Assembly (NCBI GenBank): GCA_963825525.1
Contig: CAWGTN010000002.1
Coordinates: 512,001-576,000, forward strand
Reading direction: 5' to 3'
Source: an uncultured Chloroflexia bacterium
GTDB taxonomy: Bacteria; Chloroflexota; Limnocylindria; QHBO01
DNA length: 64,000 nt
In this document: in pieces, positions 29,770-41,669 of the stretch
Layout: every line of letters starts with the position of its first letter
Numbering within the stretch: position 1 is the first letter of the stretch
Program-made: the position numbers and the translations under genes
Notes under the pieces: generated by a model
The model's input: only the letters and a program-made list of their open reading frames with translations
Databases searched by the model: none
Told to the model about the DNA's origin: nothing

Positions 29770-30978
29770 CTACGCGCTCGAGGTCTTGACTCCGAACCGT
29801 GCCCACCAGCTGCGTGTCGGCGACGGAGCCGGCTGGCTGGCCTCGCCCGCTGCCGAGATGAGGCGCGCGACGGCGTGAAGGTCATCCGAGATGCGTTCCT
29901 TGGGGAACTTCGTGACGACGGGCTTCCCCTCGTTGGCCGAGATGATGGCCTTCGGACCGTTGCTGACCACGGTGGCCGCAATCGGCAGGCCCAGGCTCTT
30001 GGCCATGTCCTCGACACGAATCCCGTGATTCGCACGATTCACGATCACTCTGATCATGTTGGCCAGGCCGAGCTCACGGGCGAGATCGAGGAACTGCGAG
30101 CTGTTGCGCAGGGATCCTACCTCCGGCGTCACGACCAGGAAGATCTCATCGGCGACGGCCAGCATGGCCATCGTTCGATCGTCGTAGCCGGGGTGGTTGT
30201 CGATGACGACGTATGAATGATGGTTCTTGGCCCAGCGCAGGGCGGCCAGGAGCAGGTCCACCGTGACGCGCTCCGACTCGGCCGGGTCGGTGCCCCAGGT
30301 GAGGACCCGAACGCCGGACTCGGCATGGGTGGCGACGCACTGGTCGAACGCGGCGTCCGTCCACTCCTCGGGCGGGCTGTCGGCGAGGTCCGCAAGCCCC
30401 ATGCGATAGGGCACTTCCAGCACCGAGGTCACGTTTCCGACGCCGACATCGGCGTCGAACAGGAGCACTTCGGACCGTGTCTGCTGGCGCAGGGCAATCG
30501 AGAGGTTCACCGAGATGGTCGTCTTCCCAACTCCGCCCTTCGGCGCGAAGACGCTCACGGCGTGGCCCTCGCCCGCGATCGGCGCGTTGGAGAGACCGTC
30601 CTCGGAAGCCCAGCCGCTCGACTCCGATGGCAGATGCTGCCCGCTGCGGATGAGCAATGCCTGGAGGCGATACACGAGGGCGTCGGCAGGCAGTGGCTTC
30701 ATGGCCAGCTCGTTCGAGGTCGTCCCGAAGCCGCGCGGGATCTCCATGCTCTCGCCCAGCATGAGGAGCACATGGATGTTGCCCTGCGCCTCGACCGTCT
30801 GGTAGATCGCCGTTGAGACCTCGGAGCCGAGGTCGCAGTCGATGACCGCCAGGTCGAAGGATCCGGCGGGAATCGTCCCATCGGCGGGCTGAACTGTGTC
30901 GAAGCCTGCACGTTCAAGTGCTTCGAGGTAATGATCGGCATCGCCCTCGACGGCGAGCAGAACCGTGGGTCGTTCCAT
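29770..30978 (-). CDS. Receiver-like domain + MinD/CpaE-like ATPase
   Basis: FDLAVID..MKPL; FAPKGGVGKTT; DAD; VIDN; IVNRA; ANEGKP; GAAGG before ATG 30978. Confidence 0.85.
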   Translation of the reverse strand: MERPTVLLAVEGDADHYLEALERAGFDTVQPADGTIPAGSFDLAVIDCDLGSEVSTAIYQTVEAQGNIHVLLMLGESMEIPRGFGTTSNELAMKPLPADALVYRLQALLIRSGQHLPSESSGWASEDGLSNAPIAGEGHAVSVFAPKGGVGKTTISVNLSIALRQQTRSEVLLFDADVGVGNVTSVLEVPYRMGLADLADSPPEEWTDAAFDQCVATHAESGVRVLTWGTDPAESERVTVDLLLAALRWAKNHHSYVVIDNHPGYDDRTMAMLAVADEIFLVVTPEVGSLRNSSQFLDLARELGLANMIRVIVNRANHGIRVEDMAKSLGLPIAATVVSNGPKAIISANEGKPVVTKFPKERISDDLHAVARLISAAGEASQPAPSPTRSWWARFGVKTSSA

Positions 30979-31090
30979 TGCCCTTCCTTCGCGGTGGAGT
31001 GGTCCGGTGACGGATTGCACCAGTCTCCGGCGGTGCGGGGCAGTCGGCAATGGGACTCGGGCGCTGTACGGCCCACCCCAAAAGTACCGG

Positions 31091-31822
31091 TCAGGAGCCT
31101 CGGATCATGCGCATGCCGCACTTCGGGCAGTAGAAGGCGCTGGCATTGCCGGCCTCGAAGCCGCAGTGCGCGCAGGTCAGGCCAGATCGAGCGCCGATCG
31201 AAGGCAGGCGAGCCTGTTCGGCCTCGCCCAGGCTGAGGCCCGAGGCCACGACCTGCTGGTAGAGCGAGCTGAGCAGCTTCTGGCCGATGCGCTCCGTATC
31301 GCCGCGCATGCCCTTGCCGCCCCAGCCGATGACGGCCCGCACGATGAGCTCGCCGGACAGCTCATCCCAGTGCGATGCAAGGCCGCCGACGATCGCGTTG
31401 TACTCGGGATAGCCGCTCGTATCGGGGTCACCGTGCAGCAGGCCGCAGAAGAAGGTGTCGACCGTCATATCGAGCGCGTCGGTCAACTCCAGCACATAGA
31501 GCCCGTGCCGACCGATGGGGCTGACGTCGCGCCGGGCGAGGACCCATTGCTGCATCTCGTTGAAGCGCTCGATCGCCGGCGAGGCATCCGAGTACTCGAG
31601 CGGCAACGGCCCGATCACCTCGACCGGCGTCTCGCTCAACGGCTCGAGGATGCCCGGAATCGCCATGGCGACCGATGGATCGGCCCTCAATCGCAACCCG
31701 TCGCTGCTGCGAGCCACGTACGCCAGGCGCAGGAGGTATTCCTGCGCGGACACCACCTCGTGAACGGGAGTCGGCGGCGGCGGAGCGGCAGGCTCGGACT
31801 TCTTGCGCTTGAGGAACGACAT
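31091..31822 (-). CDS. Hypothetical protein with a C-terminal zinc ribbon
   Basis: CAHCG..A.YCPKCG; protein-like composition. Confidence 0.75.
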   Translation of the reverse strand: MSFLKRKKSEPAAPPPPTPVHEVVSAQEYLLRLAYVARSSDGLRLRADPSVAMAIPGILEPLSETPVEVIGPLPLEYSDASPAIERFNEMQQWVLARRDVSPIGRHGLYVLELTDALDMTVDTFFCGLLHGDPDTSGYPEYNAIVGGLASHWDELSGELIVRAVIGWGGKGMRGDTERIGQKLLSSLYQQVVASGLSLGEAEQARLPSIGARSGLTCAHCGFEAGNASAFYCPKCGMRMIRGS

Positions 31823-31906
31823 GGCAGCAACTCGAGGGGTGGAATTGGTCGGCAGGCGCTCGATTCTACCAGTCACCCCCGGCCCGCCCGCCATGGGCGG
31901 ATCGGG

Positions 31907-34579
31907 CTACTCCCGCGTCCCGCCGAGCTGGCCGCGCTGCTGCTCGAGATCGGCGAGGCGGGCTCGCTCACGCTCCACGACCGCGGCGGGTGCGCGTGCC
32001 GTGAACGACTCGTTGGCCAGGAGCTCGCGGAGTCGGGCGATGCCGGCGTCGAGTTCGGCGACCTGCGATGCGCGCCGAGCCGATGACGCCGCGTCGGCGG
32101 CGGCGTCCTGTCCGATCCACGCGACTCCCAGGCGCCCCGTGGCGACCAGCTCCGCACGTGCGCGGCCCTCGGCCGGCTCGATGGGACGCACCCGCGCCAA
32201 TGCCTGGAGGTAATGCCTGGACGCGTCGAGGGCCGTGACCGACTCCGGGCTGGCCGGCTCGACGATCAGCGGGACCCACGCCGCGGCCGGCGTTCCGATC
32301 TCGGTCCGCAGGTTGCGAACGCCGCGCACCAGGGAGGCGAGATCATCGAAGGTCGATTCCGCTTGCGGTGATCGGGTGCCCGCCGTCGGCCACTCGGCGG
32401 TTGCGAGCAGCGGTGACGGGGCAGCGTCCGGTGCCGCCTCTCGCAGCGCCTCCCAGATCTTCTCGGTCACGAACGGCATGAGCGGATGGAGCAGGCGAAG
32501 CAGGGTGGCGAGTCCGTCCGCCGCCGCAGCCCAGGTGGCCGCCCGATCGGCCGGCGATGCGTCGTCGCGACGCAGATCGACCTTCGCCATCTCCAGGAAC
32601 CAGTCGCAGTAGTCGCCCCACGCGACGTCGTACACGGTCGCGGCATATCCACCCAGATCGAGCGCGTCGAGCTGGCGCGTTGCGCGCTCGACCGCATCGG
32701 CCAACCGGGAGGTGATCCACTCCACCGCGATGCTGGGCGATGCCGCATCGCCGGCCGCCACGACCTCGGCCGGACGTGCCCCGAGGACGAACCGTGCGGC
32801 GTTCCACAGCTTGTTGGTGAAATTGCGGCCCCCGTCGAGCTTTGCCTGGGTCAGGCGCATGTCGCTGCCCGGCGCCGAGCCGTTCATGAGCGCGAACCGA
32901 AGCGCATCGGCGCCGATCTCGTCGACCATCGACAGCGGATCGATGGTGTTGCCCTTTGTCTTGCTCATCTTCAGGCCGCCCTCGGCACGAATCATCCCGT
33001 GGAGATAGACCGTGTGGAATGGCTCGCGATCGGTCAGGAAGAGGCCGAGCATCATCATCCGGGCGACCCAGAAGAACAGGATGTCGTAACCGGTCTCCAT
33101 CACGCTGGTCGGATAGAAGCGTGCCATGTCGGGAGTCTCATCGGGCCAGCCGAGCGTGCTGAACGGCCACAGGCCGGAGCTGAACCAGGTATCGAAGATG
33201 TCGGTCTCCTGGGTCAGGTCCGCTGCGGGACGAGCGCACTCGGCGCAGGCATCGGGGCCGGACTCGTCGTCGGTCACCGTCACGTGGCCGTCGGGGCAGA
33301 ACCACGCCGGGATGCGGTGGCCCCACCACAGCTGGCGCCCGACCGCCCAGTCGTGAATGTTCTCCATCCAGTGCGCGTAGACCTTCTCGAAGTGCGCGGG
33401 AAGGATCTTCGTGCGCCCCTCACGCACCGAGGCAAGGGCTCGCTCCGCCAGGGGCTGCACCTTGATGAACCACTGCACGCTCAGTCGCGGCTCGACGACC
33501 GTTCCGCAGCGATCGCAATGACCGACCACCATGTCATGCGGCTTGGTGTCGACGAGGTCGCCCATCTCGCGGAGGCGATCGAGGATGGCCTCGCGGGCCT
33601 CGTAGCGGTCCCGCCCGAAGAACTCTCCGCCCGCGGCGTTGATCCGGGCCTCCTCGTCGAGAACCGTGATTGCCTCGAGCCCGTGCCGCCGAGACATGGC
33701 GTAGTCGTCGGGGTCGTGCGCCGGGGTGATCTTCACCGCACCGGTTCCGAAGCCACGCTCGACATGGTCGTCGGCGACGATGGGCAGCCGCCGTCCGAGG
33801 AACGGCAGGATGGCGTGGCGGCCCACGAGTGCGGTGTACCGATCATCCTCCGGGTGGACCGCGACCGCCGTATCGCCGAGCAGGGTCTCGGGTCGCGTGG
33901 TGGCCACGCTGATCCAGGCATCGGGATCGGGCGTGCCGTCGGGTCGCTCGAGGTGGTAGCGGATCGTCCAGATCGTGCCCGTCTCGTCGTGATGCACGTT
34001 CTCGAGGTCACTGATCGTCGTCAGGCAGCGCGGACACCAGTTGACGAGCGCTTCTCCCCGGTAGACGAGACCCGCGTCCCACAGACGCTTGAATGCGGTC
34101 CGCACGGCTCGAGCGCTGCCGTCGTCCATGGTGAACCGTTCACGACTCCAGTCGGCGCTGGCACCAAGGCGCCGATGCTGTGCGCCGATGACGGCTCGCG
34201 TCTCGTCCATGAACTGCCACATGCGCTCCAGGTAGCGCTCACGGCCCAGCGAGGCGCGCGTCTCCCCCTCTTCGGCCAGGATTCGGTCGAGGACGAACTG
34301 GGCGGCGATGCTGGCGTGGTCGACGCCGGGCAGCCAGAGCGTGTCGTCCCCCCGCATCCGGTGATACCGGATCATCGTGTCTTCCACCGTCGTGACCAGT
34401 GCATGGCCGATGTGAAGCGCGCCGGTAACGTTGGGAGGCGGCTGGATGATGACGAACGGCTCACGGCCCGCCGGGTCGGCGGCCGGCGTGAAGACGTCGG
34501 CCTCCATCCAGGACTCGTACACGACCGGCTCGACAGCCGCCGCGTCGTAGCGCGGGGCCAGCTCGCGTGGGGTCGTCAT
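31907..34579 (-). CDS. valS: Valine--tRNA ligase
   Basis: PPPNVTG.LHIGH, DHA.IA.Q, TTRPET, GTGAVKITPAHD, RQLWWGH, KMSKT. Confidence 0.98.
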   Translation of the reverse strand: MTTPRELAPRYDAAAVEPVVYESWMEADVFTPAADPAGREPFVIIQPPPNVTGALHIGHALVTTVEDTMIRYHRMRGDDTLWLPGVDHASIAAQFVLDRILAEEGETRASLGRERYLERMWQFMDETRAVIGAQHRRLGASADWSRERFTMDDGSARAVRTAFKRLWDAGLVYRGEALVNWCPRCLTTISDLENVHHDETGTIWTIRYHLERPDGTPDPDAWISVATTRPETLLGDTAVAVHPEDDRYTALVGRHAILPFLGRRLPIVADDHVERGFGTGAVKITPAHDPDDYAMSRRHGLEAITVLDEEARINAAGGEFFGRDRYEAREAILDRLREMGDLVDTKPHDMVVGHCDRCGTVVEPRLSVQWFIKVQPLAERALASVREGRTKILPAHFEKVYAHWMENIHDWAVGRQLWWGHRIPAWFCPDGHVTVTDDESGPDACAECARPAADLTQETDIFDTWFSSGLWPFSTLGWPDETPDMARFYPTSVMETGYDILFFWVARMMMLGLFLTDREPFHTVYLHGMIRAEGGLKMSKTKGNTIDPLSMVDEIGADALRFALMNGSAPGSDMRLTQAKLDGGRNFTNKLWNAARFVLGARPAEVVAAGDAASPSIAVEWITSRLADAVERATRQLDALDLGGYAATVYDVAWGDYCDWFLEMAKVDLRRDDASPADRAATWAAAADGLATLLRLLHPLMPFVTEKIWEALREAAPDAAPSPLLATAEWPTAGTRSPQAESTFDDLASLVRGVRNLRTEIGTPAAAWVPLIVEPASPESVTALDASRHYLQALARVRPIEPAEGRARAELVATGRLGVAWIGQDAAADAASSARRASQVAELDAGIARLRELLANESFTARAPAAVVERERARLADLEQQRGQLGGTRE

Positions 34580-34599
34580 CGGTCTGCCTCCTTCGTCGG

Positions 34600-34805
34600 C
34601 AACAACAAGACCCGCTCGTCGAAGGACGAACGGGTCGTGGTACCACCTTCATTCGCGGCCAGGGGCCGCCTCGTCTACCGCGATATCGGGCGGACCCGGC
34701 CGGCTCACGTGCGACGTTCACCCTCTCGCTGCGCAGCGGGCTCGCAGCCGATGGCCCGCCTCTCTGAGCGTCCGATCGAGGGGTACTCCTCACGGTCAAT
34801 GCCGT
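34600..34805 (-). promoter_or_regulatory. T-box riboswitch (Val) with terminator hairpin
   Basis: Minus strand: AGTA..AGAGA..GCTGCGA stem I, specifier GAAC-GTC, T-box AAGGTGGTACCACG, hairpin gacccgttcgtc/gacgagcgggtc + TTGTTGTT; TAGACT -10 upstream. Confidence 0.92.
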
Positions 34806-34863
34806 GGCACGAGTCTAGCACCCGCCCGCGTGGGCGGACTGCCGGGTGATGAGCCGTGCGTGG

Positions 34864-36135
34864 TCAGTGTGGTCGCGCGAGCGTCACTCCCAGGCCACCG
34901 TCCGGCTGCGCCTCGATCGTGGCGCCGTCGCCCTCGATCTTGGCAATCGCTGCGGCGACGTCAAACCCGGCAGGATGAAGGGCGCGGAAGACGAACTCGC
35001 CGGTCGGCCCCAGGCTCAGGCTCACGCCCTCGATCCCATCGGCGCCGGCCAATGCCTGACGGAAGCCGGTGATCGCACCGAAGCTGCCCAGGCCCTTGAC
35101 ACGGACCTCGGTCGCGGTCGGCTCTGCCGATGCGGTCGCGGGAGCTTCGGACGCCTCGAGTTCGGCGAGCCGCGCGGCAAGCGCCGCATCGGCCGCGCCA
35201 GTGGTTGCCTCCGCGGTCGCGTCGGCGGGAGCTTCGTCCACCTCGTCGCGCACGGGAGCAACGGCGGGTGCCTCGAGCTCAGAGGCCTCCTCGGTCGTGT
35301 CCAGCCGAGGCGGTGTCGGCATCTTCTTTGCGGCGGCCGCAAACGCCGCGGGGTCCGCGATGTCACTGAGTTGCGCGTGGTAGGCGTCGAGCTCGCGCTC
35401 GTATGCCGCGACCCGATCACGGAGTGCCTGCGCTTCGGCCTCGGCCCGGGTGGCCTCGGCGGCCAGCTGCTGGTCCAGCTCGGCGCGTCGCGCAACCTTG
35501 CGCTGCTCTGCCTCGGTCGCGATGCGCTCGGTCTCCGCCTTTGCCCATTCGCCGATGGCAGCAACGTCGCGCTCGGCGCGAGCCTTCTGCTCGTCTCGGC
35601 GGTGTTCGGCATCGGCCTCGAGGGTTCGCACCTGCTCCTCGGCCTTGGTGCGCAGGTCCGACAGTCCGGACTGCCGAGTCTCCTCGGCCACGCGACGCAT
35701 GGCGGCCACGAGGTCGCGCATGAAGCCCGCGGAGGTATCGGCAGGGCGGCCGGAGGCCTCGACGACGGCGACGGCAGGAGCAGGCGCCGGACTCGCCGAT
35801 TCGGCCTCGGCTGACGGGGCTGGGGTCGGCTCGGCGGCCGCGGCCTTCTCGGCTTCTGCGGACGTCGGCTCTGCCTCGGCGGCGGTTGGTGTTGGCGTGG
35901 AGGCCTCGGCGGGAGCTGGTGTCTCGTCGCTCGCGGCCGATGGCGGCGTTGCCTCAGGCGTGTCGGAGGGCGACGCGGCGGCGAGTGACGGGGCAGGCGA
36001 CGCCTCGGCGGCGGCCTTCGACGCATCCTCGGCCGGAGCCGGGGACTGCGCGCTCGCATCTTCCTCGGGCGCCGTCCCATCGGGTCCCGTGCCCCATGGG
36101 AGCCGGAACCCGGGTCGGCGTTGATTCGAGGTCAT
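34864..36135 (-). CDS. Hypothetical protein: Ala/Pro-rich N-terminus, long coiled coil, small C-terminal alpha/beta domain
   Basis: GAAGGAG before ATG; heptad-like Ala/Glu/Arg region. Confidence 0.75.
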   Translation of the reverse strand: MTSNQRRPGFRLPWGTGPDGTAPEEDASAQSPAPAEDASKAAAEASPAPSLAAASPSDTPEATPPSAASDETPAPAEASTPTPTAAEAEPTSAEAEKAAAAEPTPAPSAEAESASPAPAPAVAVVEASGRPADTSAGFMRDLVAAMRRVAEETRQSGLSDLRTKAEEQVRTLEADAEHRRDEQKARAERDVAAIGEWAKAETERIATEAEQRKVARRAELDQQLAAEATRAEAEAQALRDRVAAYERELDAYHAQLSDIADPAAFAAAAKKMPTPPRLDTTEEASELEAPAVAPVRDEVDEAPADATAEATTGAADAALAARLAELEASEAPATASAEPTATEVRVKGLGSFGAITGFRQALAGADGIEGVSLSLGPTGEFVFRALHPAGFDVAAAIAKIEGDGATIEAQPDGGLGVTLARPH

Positions 36136-36288
36136 GTCCGCATACGCTCCTTCGTTCAATGGCTCGTCGCCTCGCAGGCGGTGGGAGCGGCAACATCCTA
36201 GCCCCAACACCACCCTTAATCAGACCAACCGGAAGTACCCCTCGGACACGGACCACCGTACCCCACCGGCGTTGCTACCATGCCCGCC

Positions 36289-37170
36289 ATGCTCGACTTC
36301 ATGGACGTGGCCGCGGCGGCGCTGGCCGTGCGGCTGATCCTCATCGCGGTTGCTGCGGTCGCGGCGTTCCTTCTGGTGCGGGCCGTGGTGCGAATCGGCG
36401 TGAGAGAGCTCGTCGAGCGACGCACCGAGGAAACCGGCGCCCCGCTCCTCGAAGCGCCGGAGCTCGAGAGGCGGATGCACACGATCGCCCGGCTGCTGGT
36501 CCGCGTCGCGGGTGCGACGATCGGCGTGGTCGCCGTGCTGATGTCCCTTCAGCTGTTCGGCATCGACATCGGCCCTGCCGTGGCCGGGCTCGGCGTGGTC
36601 GGCATCGCCGTCGGATTCGGGGCGCAGACCCTGATCCGCGATTGGCTGGCCGGGATCTTCATCGTCCTCGAGAACCAGTACAGCCAGGGAGATGTCGTGA
36701 GCATCGCCGGGGTCGAGGGCAAGGTGGAGGACTTCAGCCTGCGCCGGACCACGCTCCGCGATCTGAGCGGCACGGTCCACACCGTCCCGAACGGACAGAT
36801 CACGGTGGCATCCAACATGACCCGGCTGTTCGCCCGAGTGAACATGGACATCAGCGTGGCATATGACACCGACCTGGATCTTGCCAGCGAGCTGATCGAC
36901 CGCGTCGGCGACGACATGCTCGCCGATCCCGAGTGGGGCAACCGGATGCTCGAGGCGCCTCGCGTCGTTCGCGTCGACGCGCTGGCCGACTCGTCGGTCA
37001 CCCTCAAGGTCCTTGGCGAGGTCCGGGCGGCGGAGCAGTGGGCCGTCGGCGGCGAGCTGCGCAAACGGATTCTCGCCGCGTTCAACCGCGGCGGCATCGA
37101 GATTCCGTTCCCGCACCGGGTGGTCGTGAACCGGGGTGGCGCGGCCACGGCTGCCGGGGACGACGCCTGA
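36289..37170 (+). CDS. mscS: Small-conductance mechanosensitive channel
   Basis: G..GIAVGFGAQTLIRD..AG.FI..ENQY..GD, G.VE...LR.T, VPNG.I, IPFP. Confidence 0.9.
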   Translation: MLDFMDVAAAALAVRLILIAVAAVAAFLLVRAVVRIGVRELVERRTEETGAPLLEAPELERRMHTIARLLVRVAGATIGVVAVLMSLQLFGIDIGPAVAGLGVVGIAVGFGAQTLIRDWLAGIFIVLENQYSQGDVVSIAGVEGKVEDFSLRRTTLRDLSGTVHTVPNGQITVASNMTRLFARVNMDISVAYDTDLDLASELIDRVGDDMLADPEWGNRMLEAPRVVRVDALADSSVTLKVLGEVRAAEQWAVGGELRKRILAAFNRGGIEIPFPHRVVVNRGGAATAAGDDA

Positions 37171-37188
37171 CGGGCGCAGCGCCCCGGT

Positions 37189-37692
37189 TCAGCGGACGTG
37201 CGCCTCGCCGACGTACTCGAGGAACCCGATATCGCCAGGTGACGCACCGGCCGCCGACAGGAGAGTGGCGGCATCCGCAGCCTGCTGCGCCCCGTGACTG
37301 ACCAGGTGCTGGACGAAGATCCAGCGCGGTAGAGCGCGGCTGCTCAGGCCGGGTCGGGTCGACTCCACGAGGTCATCGTCGGTGAGCGAATTGACCCACG
37401 CCCCGAGCGCCTCCGATTCCTTCACCCACCGTTCGCGGAGGATCGCGACCGTCGGAAAGTCCTCGGGGCGGAGATCCTCAGCGTCGGCCCACTCGCTCTC
37501 GGGGCGCCCCTCGAGCGCCAGGCGCCAGCTCCACTCGACATCGAGCTCGTGGACGAGGGTGGCCCGCAGGCCACGGATGGTCAGGTGGTCATCGGCCTCC
37601 CAGGCATCTCGGGGCAGACGTGCGGCGGCATCCAGCAGTCGGCGGTTCGTCCACCACAGGTGCTCGATGAGCAGGCGGAGCGCGGGTCCCAT
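37189..37692 (-). CDS. DinB-family protein
   Basis: W.NRRLL, LRATLVH...E..W, HLVSH. Confidence 0.8.
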   Translation of the reverse strand: MGPALRLLIEHLWWTNRRLLDAAARLPRDAWEADDHLTIRGLRATLVHELDVEWSWRLALEGRPESEWADAEDLRPEDFPTVAILRERWVKESEALGAWVNSLTDDDLVESTRPGLSSRALPRWIFVQHLVSHGAQQAADAATLLSAAGASPGDIGFLEYVGEAHVR

Positions 37693-37727
37693 CCCCGTGC
37701 CGGGGGCATCGGTGGATCCGGACGTGG

Positions 37728-39035
<1,308 letters not shown>

Positions 39036-39108
39036 CGCGGCCGATGGTAGCACGGGCCCGCCAATCGTCCGCCACTCCCCGATGGTCATGGCGACGTACG
39101 ATCGACCC

Positions 39109-39594
39109 ATGTCGATGCTCCGCTTCGGTCGCGCCGAGACCTCGATAGGGCCACGCCTGGTGGCGGAGACCGATGCGGGAGTCGCCGCGTCCGGAGGAGC
39201 CGATGAGCTCGAGGGGTTCCTCGCCGGGCTGCGGCGACGGTTCGCCGTTGCTCCCGAGGCAGCCGATCTCGACGCCGGATGGATCGAGGCCGCACTTACG
39301 GGAGGCCCGCTCCCCGCGGTGGACTTTCACGGCCTGAGCGACTTCGACCGCCGCGTCTACGAGGTCGTGCGTGGCATTCCGGCCGGCGAGACCGTCACCT
39401 ACGGCGAGGTGGCGGCCATGATCGGATCACCGGGCGGCGCACGCGCCGTTGGCGGGGCGATGTCCCGCTGCCCGCTCTTCCCGGCGATCCCCTGTCACCG
39501 GGTGGTCCGGGCCACCGATGGATGGTCCGGATGGGGTGGAGACGATCGGCTCAAGCGCGAGCTCCTGCGCCGAGAGTCCGCTCCTCGTCGTTGA
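39109..39594 (+). CDS. O6-methylguanine-DNA methyltransferase family protein
   Basis: IP.GET.TYGEVA, ARAVG.A, PCHRVV. Confidence 0.88.
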   Translation: MSMLRFGRAETSIGPRLVAETDAGVAASGGADELEGFLAGLRRRFAVAPEAADLDAGWIEAALTGGPLPAVDFHGLSDFDRRVYEVVRGIPAGETVTYGEVAAMIGSPGGARAVGGAMSRCPLFPAIPCHRVVRATDGWSGWGGDDRLKRELLRRESAPRR

Positions 39595-39599
39595 CGCGG

Positions 39600-40271
39600 C
39601 TACTTCTTGGCCTTCTCCGATGCCGGGGCCGCGGTCGCCGGCGCCTCCGGTACCTCGCCGCCGTCCTTCTGGGCCATGCTGATCAGCGACTCGGTGTTCC
39701 CGGCGAACACCTCGTCGATGAGGCCGTAGGCCTTCGCCTCTTCCGCGCTCATGAACTTGTCGCGCTCCGAGTCGCGCTTGACGGTGTCGAAGTCCTGCCC
39801 GGTGTGCTCGGCCAGGATGTGCATGAGCCGATCCGTGAGATGCATCATCTCGCGCATCTGGATCTCGACATCCGGGGTGTTGCCGCGGAACCCACCGGAG
39901 CCCTGGTGGATCATGACCCGCGCATTCGGCAGCGCGTATCGCTTGCCGGTGGCGCCGGCGGCCAGCAGGACGGCGCCCATCGACGCGGCCTGGCCGATGC
40001 AGATGGTGCTGACCGGTGCGCGCAGGTACTGCATCGTGTCGTAGATGGCCATGCCGCTGGTCACCACGCCGCCCGGTGAGTTGATGTAGAGCTGGATGTC
40101 CTTCTCCGGGTCTTCCGACTCGAGGAACAGCAGCTGCGCGATGATGAGGTTGGCGACGTTGTCCTCGATCGCATCACCCAGGAAGATGATGCGGTCCTTG
40201 AGGAGCCGCGAGTAGATGTCGAACGCGCGCTCGCCACGGGCGCTCGACTCGATGACCATCGGGACCAGCAT
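39600..40271 (-). CDS. clpP: Clp protease proteolytic subunit
   Basis: [35 protein letters not shown]. Confidence 0.98.
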   Translation of the reverse strand: MLVPMVIESSARGERAFDIYSRLLKDRIIFLGDAIEDNVANLIIAQLLFLESEDPEKDIQLYINSPGGVVTSGMAIYDTMQYLRAPVSTICIGQAASMGAVLLAAGATGKRYALPNARVMIHQGSGGFRGNTPDVEIQMREMMHLTDRLMHILAEHTGQDFDTVKRDSERDKFMSAEEAKAYGLIDEVFAGNTESLISMAQKDGGEVPEAPATAAPASEKAKK

Positions 40272-40274
40272 CGG

Positions 40275-41651
40275 TTATGCGGACTCCTCGGGCTGCTCGG
40301 GGGTTGTCTCTGATTCTTCGGCATCGGGCGCCGGATCTGGCTCGGTCGCCGACGTATCGGGTCCGATGGCGCGCTCGATCAGCGTGTCGACAAGTGTACG
40401 GTTGCGGAGCGTCATGCGCAGGTAGGACCGGCCACGGCGCGAGGTGAGGTATTCGCGGAGCTTCGGGTCGTTCTCGTAGCGCGCCAGCTGTTCGGCAATC
40501 TCGGCCTCGATCTGGTCATCGGTCGCGTCGATCCCCTCCTTCTCGGCAATGGCCGACAGGACAAGGAGCGTCTTCACCCGCCGCGACGCGGGCTCACGGA
40601 GCTCGGCGGCCAGCTCCTCGGGCGTCTGCTTCGAGAGCGCCAGGTACTGCTCCATCCCGACTCGCTGCTGGGCCAGCCGCGTCTGCAGCTCGTCGCGCAT
40701 GATCTCGATCTCGTTCGCGACCATGACCTCGGGCAGCTCGACATTGGCGTTGGTGCTCGCGAAGTCGATGATCCGATCGCCCAGCGCGTGGCGCGCCTCG
40801 GCCTCGGCGCGCTTCTTCATGGCGTCGCTGATCTCGGCGCGCAGCGCGTCGACCGTCTCGACGTCGCCGACGCTCTTCGCGAATTCGTCGTTGACCTCGG
40901 GCAGGATCTTCTCGCGCAGGTCGATCACCTCGACCTCGAAGTGCGCCTGCTTGCCCTGGAGCTCCTCCACTCGATAGTCGTCCGGGAAGCCGATGTCGAA
41001 GCCCTTCGAGTCGCCGATCTTCATCCCGACGAGGTTGTCCTCCCAGCCGGGGATCATCCGGTCGTCGCCGATGACGAGCGGCATCCGATCGGCCGATCCG
41101 CCCTCGAACGGTTCGCCGTCGATCGACCCGACGAACTTCACGCTGGTGAGATCGCCCTTCTGGGCGGCGCGCTCGTCCACCGGCCGCAGGGTTGCCTGCT
41201 GCTCGCGGAGCTCCTCGATGACCTGGCTCACCTGGTCATCGGTGACCTCGGGGATCTCGAGGCCGAATGGGTAGTCGGTGTAGGACCCGAGCTCCACGTC
41301 CGGTCGAACCGGCACCGTGGCGGTGAACGTCAGGGGCTGGCCCTCGACCACCGCCGCCGGGTCCAGGTCAACCTCGGGCTGGTCGATCGGCATCACGTTG
41401 GACTGGGTGAGCGCCGCGTCGTAGCTCTCGCTCACGAGGTGATCGATCGCCTCGGCCAGGACGCTGCCACGCCCGACGAAGCGGTCGATCACGTTGCGCG
41501 GGGCCTTGCCCGGGCGAAAACCGGGAACCTTGGTGCGCTCGGCCACGTGCCGGTAGGCGGTGGCGAAGTGATGGGCGACCTCCTCGGCCGGCACCTCGAT
41601 CTCGAGGACCATCTTCGAGCCAGGTTCGGGTCGCGTCGATACGGTGACCAA
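40275..41651 (-). CDS. tig: Trigger factor
   Basis: VPGFRPGKAP, F.G..DGE.FEGG, MIPG.E; AGGAG then TTG at 41651. Confidence 0.95.
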   Translation of the reverse strand: MVTVSTRPEPGSKMVLEIEVPAEEVAHHFATAYRHVAERTKVPGFRPGKAPRNVIDRFVGRGSVLAEAIDHLVSESYDAALTQSNVMPIDQPEVDLDPAAVVEGQPLTFTATVPVRPDVELGSYTDYPFGLEIPEVTDDQVSQVIEELREQQATLRPVDERAAQKGDLTSVKFVGSIDGEPFEGGSADRMPLVIGDDRMIPGWEDNLVGMKIGDSKGFDIGFPDDYRVEELQGKQAHFEVEVIDLREKILPEVNDEFAKSVGDVETVDALRAEISDAMKKRAEAEARHALGDRIIDFASTNANVELPEVMVANEIEIMRDELQTRLAQQRVGMEQYLALSKQTPEELAAELREPASRRVKTLLVLSAIAEKEGIDATDDQIEAEIAEQLARYENDPKLREYLTSRRGRSYLRMTLRNRTLVDTLIERAIGPDTSATEPDPAPDAEESETTPEQPEESA

Positions 41652-41669
41652 GTCAGCTCCTGTGCGGCG

